DNA of 63,974 nt, filler included, from Chiloscyllium plagiosum (GCF_004010195.1; 4 parts of one record of this genome joined end to end with filler, not necessarily neighbours in it), one strand, 5' to 3'; shown: positions 1-12,767, numbered from the whole stretch's first letter. Translations and numbers: made by a program. The notes: generated by a model not told the origin, from the letters alone.

Positions 1-1726
1 TACTTAAGAGGGAAATCAGGAGGGCAAAAAGGGGACATGAGAAAGCTTTGGTAAATAGGGTTAAGGAGAATCCAAAGGGTTTTTACAAATACATTAAGGA
101 CAAAAGGGTAACGAGGGAGAGAATAGGGCCCCTCAAAGATCAGCAAGACGGCCTTTGTGTGGAGCCGCAGAAAATGGGGGAGATACTAACCAAGTATTTT
201 GCATCAGTGTTCACTGTGGAAAAGGATATGGAAGATAGAGACTGCAGGGAAATAGATGGTGACACTTTGCAAAATGTTCAAATTACATAGGAGGAAGTGT
301 TGGATGTCTTGAAACGCATAAAGGTGGATAAATCCCCAGGATCTGGTCAGGTGTACCCACGAGTTCTGTGGGAAGCTAGAGAAGTGATTACTGGGCCTCT
401 TGCTGAGATATCTGTATCATCGATAGTCACAGGTGAGGTGCCGGAAGACTGGAACTTGGCTAACATGGTGCCACTGTTTAAGAAGGGTGGTAAGGATAAG
501 CCAGGGAACTATAGACCAGTGAGCCTGACATCAGTGGTAGGTAAGTTGCTAGCGGGAATCCTGAGGGACAGGATGTACATGTATTTGGAAAGGCAAGGAC
601 TGATTAAGGATAGTCAACATGGCTTTGTGCGTGGGAAATCATGCCTCACAAACTTAATTTGAGTTTTTTGAAGAAGTAACAAAGAGGATTGATGAGGGCA
701 GAGCAGTAGATGTGATCTATATGGACTTCAGTAAGGTGTTTGACAAGGTTCCCCATGGGAGATTAATTAGCAAGGTTAGATCTCACAGAATACAGGGAGA
801 ACTAGCCATTTGGATACAGAACTGGCTCAAAGTAGAAGACGGAGGGTGGTGGTGGAGCGATATTTTTCAGACTGGAGGCCTGTGACCAGTGGAGTGCCAC
901 AAGGATCGGTGATGGGTCCTCTACTTTTTGTCATTTACATAAATGATTTGGATGCGAGCATATGAGGTACAGTTAGTAAGTTTGCAGATGACACCAAAAT
1001 TGGAGGTGTAGTGGACAGCAAAGAGGGTTACCTCAGATTACAACAGGATCTTGACCAGATGGGCCAATGGGCTGAGAAATAGCAGATGGAGTTTAATTCA
1101 GATAAATTCGAGGTGCTGCATTTTGGGAAAGCAAATCTTAGCAGGACTTATACACTTAATGGTAGAGTCCTAGGGAGTGTTACTGAACAAAGAGACCTTG
1201 GAGTACAGGTTCATAGCTCCTTGAAAGTAGAGTCGCAGGTAGATAAGATAGTGAAGATGACGTTTGATATGCTTTCTTTTATTGGTCAGAGTATTGAGTA
1301 CAGGAGTTGGGAGGTCATGTTACGGCTGTACACAACGTTGGTTAGGCCACCGTTGGAATATTGTGTGCAATTCTGGTCTCCTTCCTATCGGAAAGATGTT
1401 CAAAGACTTTTCCCTGGGGTCGGGGAGTCCAGAACTAGAGGGCATAGGTTTAGGGTGAGAGGGGAAAGATATAAAAGAGACCTAAGGGGTAACCTTTTCA
1501 CACAGAGAGTGGTACGTGTATGGAATGAGCTGCCAGAGGATGTGGTGGAGGCTGGTACAATTGCAACATTTAAGAGGCATTTGGATGGATATATGAATAG
1601 GAAGGGTTTGGATTGATATGGGCCAGATGCTGGCAGATGGGACTAGATTGGGTTGGGATATCTAGTCGGCATGGATGGGTTGGACCGAAGGGTCTGTTTC
1701 CATGCTGTACATCTCTATGACTCTAT
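1..1726 (+). mobile_element. CR1-clade LINE (HER1-like), decayed ORF2 RT and 3' end; runs off window start
   Basis: ORF fragments PGNYRPVSLTSVVGK, QHGFVRGKSCLTNL, sequence encoding GVPQGSV...[33 protein letters not shown]; stops/frameshifts; internal deletion near 1400; CTCTATGACTCTAT tail. Confidence 0.93.
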
Positions 1727-1983
1727 ATCTGCACCAGCTCTTCAAATGAGTATCGTTACCCACTCTGACTGTTCTCTGGACTAGTGAATTTTGAACAGTT
1801 TTAAATACATAAATAAAACTAAGTTTTGTACCAAGGTTCTTTGTACCTCAGATGGCACCATGTGTGGCAACATTATTAACTTGTCACTGTACTCTGTACT
1901 TGAGTCCATGTGACGATAAAACCTAAATATGAATATGAATCTGAATCTGCTCTGTCACTATAACTGAGCATTACACTGGTGGT

Positions 1984-2793
1984 GGTTATGACGCAGAGGT
2001 CGAACCCCTCTGTTAATTAAAACCCATCCCCCAGGAAAGCTCGCCTTGCCCTATAATCTGTGAGTGACAGAGAACTCCTAAATCCCACTATTTAAAGAGA
2101 AATAACAATTTATTTTCCCAAACTCTAATAGTGAACGTTAAACAAAAAGTATTCACAAATCCAAGCCCTCCTTTTCTTAACTACTTACTATCTGACCCCA
2201 ACTCTATAAAAAAGGTTGTTCCAGTAACACACTGATTAACTTAGTCTCAAGACCACACAGGCTCTGTCTTCTCTGTTGTCTTCAATCTTCAGCTACTGAT
2301 CTCCCTGGGTCATCATTTCTTTTTACTGTGTGTCTATTTCACATGAAAAGGTACCTTTGATAGAGAGTGTCTTCTAATTTCTTTGAGAGCATGATTTTAG
2401 ATGGGTAGTTAGCTCTCCAGCTCAGCGGCAGTTGCTCAGCTGATCAGTGTCAGTTGCTCTCTGACCAATTTTCAAAATGTCCATGTTTTTGTACCGCCAA
2501 CATTGTACTGTCTCATTGGTTCGATATTGTCAAAACAATAAAGTCAAACTCAATTGGATTTTAGTATCCTGGGCATAAATTAAACTGATTGGTTAAGTTA
2601 TAATTGTTGTCAAAACAGCAGCCAAAACTCAGGTATCCATTTAACAGCTAATTGTTACATGTATCTATTTTGGAACAGCTCATCTCCCAGCCTTTACATT
2701 TCAGGCAGCTGAGCCTGCACTTTAAGTTTACTTCAAAGTTTAGAAAACACTTTCTATTTTAAAGTGAACATACATGCTTTCGACTTCGTAACA
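1984..2793 (-). mobile_element. Probable solo LTR (~810 bp)
   Basis: Ends (G/T)GTTATG...CGTAACA form a short terminal inverted repeat; near-match 4-bp flanks TGGT/TTGT; AATAAA on minus strand near 2110; several CCAAT/ATTGG boxes; no ORF. Confidence 0.5.
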
Positions 2794-3224
2794 TTGTGAA
2801 AACACAAATAATTTCCTAGAACCCTTCAGAGAGGACACCAGTCATACTTAACCTGGTCTAACCTATATCCTGGGGACGAGTTACAAAAACATACATAAAT
2901 GCCTGACCTTGAGCAGGTTTATAGGATTGAAATAAATATTTCCTGTCCCTACACACAGCAGGCTCCAGAATGAGGAATAGACCCACAGTGTAATTAGTTG
3001 ATCTGAGGGCAGGACATGCCTTGACAAATAACTGTCAGTTGAAGACGGCAGTTGAAAGTTGAAGAAATATTCATGGCATTTGGGATAATTCCTTGAGGAG
3101 ATGGTCAAAAGAACTCTGTATTACTGAAAGTAATGAATTAATGTGAATTTACCTACAATTTATAATACCACTTAGGCCTTTCAGCCCCACTGGTCTGTTC
3201 AGATGCTTACAACATGCAATAGTT

Positions 3225-3400
3225 CAGGATCTCACGTTATAAGAAAATCGCGCAGTATTTAAACCAACGGGACCAGGATCATGTTATAGTCAATACAGGT
3301 AAGGGGAAAGTTCGCGTTCTACAAATAACAGTCCAAATTCTTCAATTGCGTTAAAGCTAATTCGCGTTGATGAAACACGCGTTATAGCAGAACCGACTTG
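3225..3400. mobile_element. Tc1/mariner (Tigger/pogo-like) MITE fragment
   Basis: CpG-rich, repeated CGCGTT motifs ending in ...CGCGTTATAGCAGAACCGACT, resembling a Tigger-type terminal repeat. Confidence 0.4.
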
Positions 3401-3502
3401 GTCTTTTTTCATCATGTACTTATCCAATTTCTCCTTAAATTATCCCATTGATCTCAGTTACTTCATGTAGTAATGCAAGTACTGCAGCTGTGTTTGTACA
3501 AA

Positions 3503-3920
3503 GGTGGCACGGTGGCTCAGTGGTTAGCACTGCTGCCTCATAGCGCCAGGGACCCGGGTTTGATTCCAGCCTTGGGTGACTGTCTGTGCAGAGTTTGCAC
3601 ATTTATCTTGTGTCTGTGTGGGTTTCCTCCCACAATTCAAAGATGTGCCGGTTGGTGAACTGGCCAGGCTAAAAGAACTCAGTATTCCTGATGAAGGGCT
3701 TTTGCCCGAAACGTCGATTTTACTGCTCCTCGGATGCTGCCTGAACTGTTATGCTTTTCCAGCACCACTCTAATCTAAACTCTGGTTTCCAGCATCTGCA
3801 GTCATTGTTTTTACCCTGTTAGGTAAATATGGGAATGGGTCTGGGTGGATTACACTTCAGAGGGTCGGTGTGGATTTGTTGGGTCAAATAGCCTGTTTTG
3901 ATATTGTAGAGAATCTAATT
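3503..3920 (+). mobile_element. HE1-type tRNA-derived V-SINE interrupted by a hammerhead-bearing insert (~3676-3815)
   Basis: A/B-box head GGCACGGTGGCTCAGTGGTTAGCACTGCTGCC...GGGTTTGATTCC; V-domain; tail GGGTCGGTGTGGATTTGTTGGG. Confidence 0.88.
3684..3719 (+). ncRNA. Minimal type-I hammerhead ribozyme motif, family A
   Basis: ATTC-CTGATGA-A-GGGC(TTTT)GCCC-GAAA-CGTC-GATT: full catalytic core, 4-bp stem II, GUC triplet, ACGT palindromic helix III. Confidence 0.75.
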
Positions 3921-4495
3921 ATCAAGCTTGTGTTCAAAACATTCTCCAGCTAAGGCGTTTTCTCCTGAATACCCTCCTGATTTATTTGTGACAATCTTTT
4001 ATTTACCGCCATGTGTTTTGTTCTCTCACACAAGTGGAAACATCTCCATTTCCATCCTATTGAGGAGCTTCATTACTTTGAAGAGCTCTCTCCCGGTCAT
4101 TGGTCAACCCTTCTCTTTATTCATTTGGGGTGCCTCAGTCTGTTCAGTTCAGAGCCAGGTTGTATCTGGAGCAAGTCAATTCCTAGTGACGGGTTCAAGC
4201 TTATAGCAGCAGCGATCCAGAAGGGGTTTGAACATCTGGAAAGGCTACACACGTGAGACTCTCAGGGTAACCAAGACTCCAGGCTTGGGCCTGACTCCAG
4301 GCCGTGGCTAGACCTTGGTGCCTGCATCATAGGTTCTCAACACCTTTATGGAGATAAGACATTAAGATCTAGACGTTTTTCTTCCCTTCTGGCTTATGTT
4401 TATTTATTGTATAGTTTTCACTATTCCTATATTGGAATACACATGACAGTAAAATCTAATTCTAATTCTAAGAAGGATCAAAAGCCAATACAAAC

Positions 4496-4718
4496 CGATC
4501 ACAGTGGGCTCCAGATCCACAAACACAGCCCTGGGTACGTGTTTGCCAGATCCGGTGTGACTGAAGAATGTTGTATAGGAGTCATCCGCAACTCCACTGG
4601 ATTTGTCGCCTGTCATCTGCCCATCAGGCTGGATACCATGTTCCAAACAGTACAGCTCCCAGCAGGCATTGCCCATCTGGACACCAGCCTGGCCAACATG
4701 GATGGAGATACATTCACG
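4496..4718 (-). CDS. TUBA4A-like: Alpha-tubulin exon 2 (codons 2-76), TUBA4A-like, divergent K40 loop
   Basis: tctacag|CGTGAATGT...GTGATCG|gtttgt; 223 bp, matching vertebrate alpha-tubulin exon 2; [75 protein letters not shown]16 and T50 are TUBA4A-type. Exons 3-4 not found in window. Confidence 0.95.
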
Positions 4719-4837
4719 CTGTAGAATGAAGAAAAGCATCATGAGTCTCAGAAACAATGCTAAGGAACAAGAAGAATGGACACAAAAAGAACAATGTTGC
4801 CCCAGAAATCTTGTTAGGCCACTTTTAGTCAGAGTGG

Positions 4838-5692
4838 TAGTCCCTATACACCATGTACTCCCTGTACACTCATGACTGTGTGGCCAAATTTCGTCCTAAC
4901 TCCATCTACAAGTTCACTGACAACATCACCGTTGTAGGCCGGATCTCAAACAACTACGAGACAGAATACAGGAAATACAGGAATATATTAGTGGCAGGGT
5001 GTAAAGATAAGTCAGAAAAATGTAAGAGCTGGTCATTGATTTCAGGAAGTGGAGTGGAGGGCGTGCCCTGTCTCTATCAATGATGCCGAGGTGGAGATGG
5101 TCAAGAGCATCAAGTACCTAGGAGTGACGATCACCAACAACCTGATTGATGCAAAGGTCAAGAAAGCACAACACCACCTCTACTTCCTCAGGAAGCTGAG
5201 GAAATTTGTCATGTCTATAAAGACTCATATCAATTTTTATAGATGCACCTTAGAAAGCACCCTTTCCGGATGCATCACAGCTTGGTATGGCAACTGTTCT
5301 GCCCAGGACCGTAAGAAACTGCAGAGAATGGTGAACACAGTTTAGTCCATCACGCAAACCAACCTTCCTTCCATTGACTCCCTCTACACTCCTCACTGCC
5401 TTAGGAAAGCAGACAACATCAAAGACCCCTCCCTCACCGGTTATAATCTCTTCCAACCCCTTCCATCGAGCAGAAGATACAAAAGTTTGAAAACACATAC
5501 CAACAGGTTCAAGAATAGCTTCTTCCCTGTTGTTATTAGACTTCTGAATGGACCTCTCAACTTTTAAATTTAATGTTGATCTCACTCTTTGTCTCTCTGT
5601 CCTATTACCCTAATGATCTTTCTCTGGTATGATTGTACTGCATGCAAAACAAAATTTTTCACTGTAGATGCGACATTAATAAATCAAATCAA
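4838..5692 (+). mobile_element. Rex1/Babar-type LINE 3' fragment (decayed RT)
   Basis: [12 protein letters not shown]...YKFTDNITVVGRIS, KKAQHHLYFLRKL, FYRCTLESTLSGCITAWYGNC; AATAAATCAAATCAAA tail. Confidence 0.75.
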
Positions 5693-7619
5693 AGTCTATT
5701 ATCCACTCACCACCGACCACATAGCTTACAGGACTGCATAGTCTCTTCTCTCTGTTCTTCCTTCTCCTGACCTTCAGTGCTGACCTCAGACCACCCACAG
5801 CAACAAGTTCTGGCCACAGTCTGACCACATCTGATCTGGAAATGGTCAGAAGGCAAGAGCACAGACTGATCCCACAGAGTTAAATCAACACAAGCCTGCA
5901 CTTATGAGAAGGAAAGAGTAGATGGCCAATCCATTTCAGACTGAGAGGAGGTGAAATGTCTTCACTGAAAGGAATCATTGAATTCTGTACCCCAGAAGGT
6001 TCCTAATCCATTGTTGAATATGTTTAAGACTGGGATAGGCAGATATTTGACTTCTCATTGAATCAGGGGTGTTTCGGGCATGGGTAAGGAGCCCAGGATT
6101 GACCATGATCGTATTGAAAAGAGGAGCAGATTTGATAGTATGAATGCCCTATTTCTGATCCTTTGCCTTGTTTTCTGATGAAAAGGTCACATACTTTACG
6201 AATGATCTATGCACCCAGGCTCTGAACAGTTTAAAGCATCTTACAATGTATTATTGAATGCTGAGCATCTGGGCCAAGAGAGAAAACAAAAGTTCAAAGC
6301 AGTGGAAATATGACACCACTCCGTTATAAATACTCAGCTTAATAGCCAGTTACAGACAGTTCATTTACACTGAGATAAACCACTGTCTTTCCAACTTTTG
6401 CTGCCATTTTCACAGAAGGTCACACTTCATGCCACACTCCGCAATCTAAGCTGATTCTAAAAGTCTCTTCCTCGAGTTATTTCACTTCCCTGCCTTGTCC
6501 TATATTCTCCAGGCTGATAAAGCTCAAGGTTTATGTTGCTCTAATTCTGCCTTCTTGCCCATTCTTAACTTTCTTCTCCCCAAGGCCGTACCTTCAGCCA
6601 TCTAAACCCCGGGTTCAGGGGTTTCCACCTCAATACTCGCTATCCTTTGGGGATCCATTTAAATCCTATAACTTTGACCAAACATAAAGACACCTGTTGT
6701 AATATTTCTTCCTTAGCTCCGCTGTTTTATATTGTATTACCCTCCCATAGAGTTCATGAGGATGCTTTGATACATTGGTAAGGTGTTCTATCAATACAAG
6801 CGACGTAATCGAGGCCAACACTTCAGTGCATTACTAAGGGAGTGTTAAACTTGCTGTTTCTTAAACAAAGCATGTTGACGGGCTCAACCCAGAGTCTACC
6901 CAAGGTCACTGTTTGAAGAAGAACAGGGAGTGTTGTTAATGCCCTGGTGAAAATGAACATCTACACTTATGCATTTGGATTTATTTCCTAGAGTCTAGGG
7001 AGCAGCAAGGCTCTTCCGCAGTCCTGGTTATTGGCAACCTCTTTCACTTTAGCTCAGAGAAGATCCTCCTCAACTGGACTTCGCCAAGCCTTCTTTGGCC
7101 AGCCCCATCTTCTTTATTCTTTTCCCATCAGGTGGTGTCCATTCTGCTGTCATTCTGATAGACCGTACGTCTCAAAAGTTAGATACATGTCCTGCCAGTC
7201 TCCGTCATCTCTCGAGCATCACATCCCACATGTGCCTCTAACCAGATCTCTGTGGCATTTTCCCATTTGAATGTTCTCTCCCTAAATGATGTCCAGGATT
7301 GGCCTTCGCCTTGTTTCTTTATGGGTTGGCTATAACACTTCCTTATACTACAACAGTGAGCGTACTTCAAAAATAATGAATTAGCTAGACAGGAAGCTCT
7401 GACCATGTGAAAGGCGCAATACAAATGCAACGTTTTTTCACATTGGACCATCTCTCAATGGTGCAACTGTTTCTTCTCCTTCACATCCAAGTGTTACGTC
7501 TGGCTCAATGTCATCTCTGGGTGAGAAGGCTGGGGGGTTTAAGCATCAGCTCAGCATGTAGTGTAAGCTAAGATTCACAGTGCAGTACTGAGGGAGTGCT
7601 ACAATATCAGGTTTTTTTT

Positions 7620-7906
7620 AAGATTAGATTACTTTACAGTGTGGAAACAGGCCCTTCGGCCCAACAAGTCCACACTGACCCGCCGAAGCGCAAACCACCC
7701 ATACCCCTACATTTACCCCTTACCTAACACTACGGACAATTTAACATGGCCAATTCACCTGACCTGCACATCTTTGGACTGTGGGAGGAAACCGACGCAG
7801 ACACGGGGAGAATGTGCAAACTCCACACAGTCAGTCGCCTGAGGCGGGAATTGAACCTGGGTCTCTGGCGCTGCGAGGCAGCAGTGCTAACCACTGTGCC
7901 ACCGTG
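7620..7906 (-). mobile_element. HE1-type V-SINE
   Basis: Reverse complement of HE1 head, V-domain and (AATCT)n tail. Confidence 0.9.
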
Positions 7907-8242
7907 ATTCTATAATCTTCAATCAGGGAAATACTTTTGTCTTTATCTACCCAGTTTTTTCCTGTTAATATTTTAAAGATTTAGATCAGATTATCCGTTA
8001 AACTTCTAAATTCTAGAGAAAATAAGTCTAATTTGTATAATCTCTCTTCTCATAACTTAATCCTGGAAATCCAGGTACAATTGCTATTGAGGCTGGGTCA
8101 TTAATATACTTAAGGCTGAGACAGACAGATCTTTAATCAGCAAGGGGAATCTCGGGTTCTGGGGAAAAGGCAGGAAAGTGACGTTGAGGATTATCAGATC
8201 AGCCATGATCATTGAGTGGCAGAACAATCTCAATGGGCTGAA

Positions 8243-8390
8243 CATGGTGCTGGAAAAGCACAGCAGATCAGGCAGCATCTGAGAAGAAGGAGAATCGACA
8301 TTTGCTCTTCGGATGCTGCCTGACTTGCTGTGTTTTTCCAGCACCACACTCTCGACTCTGATCTCCAGCATCTGCAGTCCTCACTTTCTC
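8243..8390. mobile_element. Fold-back family-A short element with 14-bp TSD
   Basis: Inverted arms GGTGCTGGAAAAGCACAGC...GCTGTGTTTTTCCAGCACC; TSD CTCAATGG(G/C)CTGAA at 8229-8242 and 8391-8404. Confidence 0.75.
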
Positions 8391-8555
8391 CTCAATGGCC
8401 TGAATGACCTGCTTCTGCTCCTATCTCTTATGATAATTTGGGAAAATGTGGCAACTACATTACACAGCAAGCTTGCAAAAACAGCAATGTGACTAATGTA
8501 ATGGCTAAAGGACAGCTATTGACAGAGATCTAATCTGCTCTCTTTCCAAATTTGG

Positions 8556-8890
8556 GCGATACAGTGACTCAGTGGTTAACACTGCTGCCTCACAGTGCCA
8601 GGGACCCATGTTTGATTCCACCCTCAGGTAAATGTCTGTGTGGAGTAGGCACATTCTCCTTGTGTCTGCGTGGGTTTCCTCCCACAGTCCAAAGATGATA
8701 AGGTTAGGTGGATTGGCTGTGCTAAATTGCCCACAGTGATCTGGGATGTCCAGGCTAGGTGGGTTAGTCATGGGAAATGCAGGATTACAGGAATAGGGTG
8801 GAGGGTGAGGCTGGGTGGATGCTCCTTGGAGGTTCGGTGTGGACTTGATGGGCCGATTAGCCTGCTCCCACACTGTGGGGATTCTATGAT
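8556..8890 (+). mobile_element. HE1-type V-SINE (older copy)
   Basis: tRNA head, V-domain, HER1-like tail. Confidence 0.85.
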
Positions 8891-10124
8891 TCAAATATTG
8901 ACATCTGAGGGATTGGAAGGGGCCTTGGTTTAGTACACCTCCTGGAAGACTATCCTTTAGCATTGGGAGCAGCAGTCCAGATTATATGCTGAAACATCAG
9001 CAGTGGGACTTGAGCCCCATGATTAACTGGTCAGAGAAGTGAGTGATATCCATCAAATCGTATTTGGCAACCAGTTCGACGACTCAACTCCTCCACCGTA
9101 AGAAATGGAAACAGGAGTAGGCAATTCGGCCCATCTGCTCCACTATTCAATAGGATCACGGCTGACCCAACATTCCTCACATCCATTTTCCTGTGTCTTC
9201 CCCATAACCCTTGATTCCCCCAACTAATCAAGAATCTATCTCAGCCTTAAATAGACGCAAGGACTCTGCCCCCACAGCTCTCTGTGGCAAGGAGTTCCCG
9301 ACTCTCAACCCTCTGAGAGAAGAAATTCCTCCTCATCTCAGCCTTAACTTGGTGCCCCTTTATTCAGAGAATTGGCTACATTGGTGTGCTGTGTACTGAA
9401 TCTACCCAGGAAGTGTCCAGAGGGGAGGGAGGTACCAGATGCTTTGGTGTTTGCACCTCAGCATAAATGACAGACTTCACAAGATTGCCAGCTGTTGAAC
9501 CTGGATCAATCATTTCTCACTAAGACTTCTGTAAAATTCCCTAATTGTCAAAGATTTGGAGATTAGATCAATCACTCAATAACTTCAAATGCAATGTCAG
9601 TAGATTGTTATACGAGGAAAAGGGCAATTAAATCATATTAAGGAGATTTCAGTCATGATTTAATATATTATTTGATAAATTAAGTTCAAGGGTTTAAATA
9701 ATCTATTTCTGTTTTTACATTTTTGGGATGTGAGTCTCACTGCACTGGGCTTGGCCATTCCTAATTGCCTTTGAGAAGCTGCTGGTGAAGAGATGGATTG
9801 ACTAGGATGATATTCACCATAGTTTAGAACAATAAAGGAGAATCTCATAAAAACCTATAAAATTCTAACATGATCTACAGGATAAACACAGGAAGCATGT
9901 TCCCATTGACTGGGGAGTCCAGAACCAGGGGTCACAGTTTAAGGATGTGGGGTAGGTCATTTAGGACTGTTGTACTTTCAAATAAACCTGTTGGATTATA
10001 ACCTGGTGTTGTGTGATTTTCAACTTTGTCCACCCTAGTCCAACACCGGCTCCTCCACATCACATTTCAGACTGAGATGAGGAGAAATGTCTTCACCCAG
10101 AGACTGGGGAGCCTGGGGAATTCT

Positions 10125-10624
10125 NNNNNNNNNNNNNNNNNNNNNNNNNNNNNNNNNNNNNNNNNNNNNNNNNNNNNNNNNNNNNNNNNNNNNNNNNNNN
10201 NNNNNNNNNNNNNNNNNNNNNNNNNNNNNNNNNNNNNNNNNNNNNNNNNNNNNNNNNNNNNNNNNNNNNNNNNNNNNNNNNNNNNNNNNNNNNNNNNNNN
10301 NNNNNNNNNNNNNNNNNNNNNNNNNNNNNNNNNNNNNNNNNNNNNNNNNNNNNNNNNNNNNNNNNNNNNNNNNNNNNNNNNNNNNNNNNNNNNNNNNNNN
10401 NNNNNNNNNNNNNNNNNNNNNNNNNNNNNNNNNNNNNNNNNNNNNNNNNNNNNNNNNNNNNNNNNNNNNNNNNNNNNNNNNNNNNNNNNNNNNNNNNNNN
10501 NNNNNNNNNNNNNNNNNNNNNNNNNNNNNNNNNNNNNNNNNNNNNNNNNNNNNNNNNNNNNNNNNNNNNNNNNNNNNNNNNNNNNNNNNNNNNNNNNNNN
10601 NNNNNNNNNNNNNNNNNNNNNNNN
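10125..10624. other. Assembly gap (500 N)
   Basis: Run of N. Confidence 1.
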
Positions 10625-11104
10625 TGGATAGTAATCGTATAGACTTGTATATGCGAATGATTACTCTGTCTCTGTATGCAAGGAAATGGAATGTTCACAA
10701 ATGTATGGCATGACCGATTGTACAGATCATCAAAATATTTTATGAAAAAATTAACTCTGTTGCTCTCTCCCCACAGTTGCTGCAAGCATTTTTCTTTGTT
10801 TTTATTTCAGATCTCCAACATCCCCAGTATTTTGATTTTACATCATGGCAATATCAGGTCATTCAGGATTGGAATCTGTGTCTATTGGCTTCCTAATAAG
10901 ACATCCTCTCTTATTTTTGATAAGACCTGTTGCTGTTCACTTCACAGGTTGCACACCTCGTCTCACAACAGAACGAAGGCAGTGAGGATGGAGTTAAGAC
11001 ACAGAGCAGCCATGATTGAATGATGGGATAGATTCAAGAGGCTGAATGGCCTATTCCTGTTCCCATATCAGTTTCAAATGAAGAGGAGGACCCGCCTAAT
11101 GGTG

Positions 11105-11460
11105 AGGTGATGGCCTGGTGGCATCACCACTAGATCTTTTAACCCAGTGACCTAGGTAATATTCTGGGGACTTGGGTTTGAATCCCACCAAGGTAGATGG
11201 TGGACTTTGAATTCAATAAAAATATGTAATTAAGAGTCAAATGATGACCATGAATACATTGTCAATTGTTGGAAAACCCATTTTTTCACTCATATCCTTC
11301 AGGTAGGAAAACTACAATTCTTACCTGGTGTGGCCCACATGTGACTCCAGACTCACAGCAAAGCGGTTGACTCTTAACTGTCCTCTGGGCAATGAGGGAT
11401 GGGCAATAAATGCTGGCCCAGCCAGTGACACGCCCATCCCATGCATGAATTTTAAAAAAG
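11105..11460 (+). mobile_element. Second tRNA-headed SINE family with LINE-derived tail. Further copies: ~13770-14095, 28540-28826, 43595-43870, 44905-45140, 51590-52180, 52355-52680, 57120-57400, 61020-61515, 62320-62660
   Basis: B-box-like GGGTTTGAATCCC; body CTTACCTGG...CACATGTGACTCCAGAC; tail GGGATGGGCAATAAATGCTGGCCCAGCCAG...CATCCCATG. Confidence 0.75.
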
Positions 11461-11476
11461 GATAGCATTTTAGTTC

Positions 11477-11745
11477 GCACGGAGGCTCAGTGGTTAGCAC
11501 TGCTGTCCCTCAGCAACAGGGACCCAGGTTCAATTCCAGCCTCGGGTGACTGTGGAGTTTGCACATTCTCCGCATGTCTGCGTGAGTTTCCTCCCACAGT
11601 CCAAAGATGTGCAGGGCAGCTGAATTGGCCATGCTAAATTGCCCATAGTGTTAGGTGCATTAGTCAGAGGGAAATGGGTCTGGGTGGGTTACTCTTCAGA
11701 GGGTCAGTGTGGGGCTGAAGGGCCTGTGTCCACACTGTAGGGAAA
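11477..11745 (+). mobile_element. HE1-type V-SINE
   Basis: tRNA head, V-domain, tail. Confidence 0.85.
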
Positions 11746-12391
11746 CTAGTCATTTCCTGAACTGCTGCAGAACTGAAAGCCATGTACATTTTCTGTTGAG
11801 GCAGATGCTATGTGTAAACACTCTCCGTACCTCTGCAAGCACAGGGAAGAGGAATCTGTCAGCATCACATTCTCAAAGAGCAGAAGGGACATTCCGGACT
11901 CCCTCTTGTATTTGGACACCAGACTTCACGACGTGTACGAGTTCCCCAGAAGGTTACAATTTTGACATCTCGGTATGTGGCAAAGGCAGGCAAAGAACCA
12001 GCTGCCTGTAATGCAAACAAAATCTCAACTCAATTATTGCCACATTGCAGCCCTGTGGAACACTCCTATTACACTGCCCTGACAGACAGCTGAACTGCAA
12101 CGACAAGGTCAGCCCCAAAGTCAATGTTTCAATGGAAACTCCCCTCCACGCGCCCCATAAACCTACCCTACACACCCTGCCCCACCAGGCCCTCCCCAAA
12201 CCACTTCCCCACCCACCCACACTTCCTTCCCACACCAACCTTGAGTGAAGATCCAGAGGCATACAAGTGAAATGAAAACCACTTACATTTTTGACTTTAC
12301 ATGCCCATAGTCCATCTGCAGTTTCTAAACCACGCTGACACACCAACTATCACTACCATGGGAATGAATTTGGGAGGATTTCCTTCAGGGA

Positions 12392-12767
12392 TGATGTGGA
12401 GGAGCCAGTGATGGACTGGGGTGTACAAAGTTAAAAATCACACAACACTAGGTTATAGTCTGACAGGTTTATTTGGAAGCACTAGCTTTCGGAGCATTGC
12501 TTACTCATCAGGTTGATGAACCACCCTGATGAAGGAGCAGCACTTCGAAAGCTAGTGCTTCCAAATAAACCTGTCAGACTATAACCTGNNNNNNNCACAC
12601 AACACCAGGTTATAGTTCAACAGGTTTATTTGGTAGCACTAGCTTTCGGAGCATTGCTTACTCATCAGGTTGATGAACCACCCTGATGAAGGAGCAGCAC
12701 TTCGAAAGCTAGTGCTTCCAAATAAACCTGTCAGACTATAACCTGATGTTGTGTGATTTTTAACTTT
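12392..12767. mobile_element. Fold-back family-B element with hammerhead motifs on both strands, duplicated across a 7-N gap
   Basis: Inverted arms; plus motif CTGATGA-A-GGAG(CAGCA)CTTC-GAAA-GCTA-GTG at 12526-12557; decayed minus copy at 12480-12513; flanked by CTTCAGGGA repeats. Confidence 0.75.

Noticed and set aside
2881..3108. ORF containing DQLIT, as a possible tubulin exon 3 (HPEQLITGKE)
   Set aside because: No other tubulin residues match; coincidental.
9812..9822. Minus-strand ATG|gtgaat as tubulin exon 1
   Set aside because: Lies inside a decayed CR1 fragment with no promoter context.
10026..10785. Long ORFs spanning N runs (also 40431-41564)
   Set aside because: Artefacts of reading through assembly gaps.
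12596..12767. Tandem dimer of a double-hammerhead element (retrozyme-like)
   Set aside because: The copies are separated by a 7-N gap and are identical over the core of a palindrome, so a mis-assembled overlap is more likely; needs long reads.
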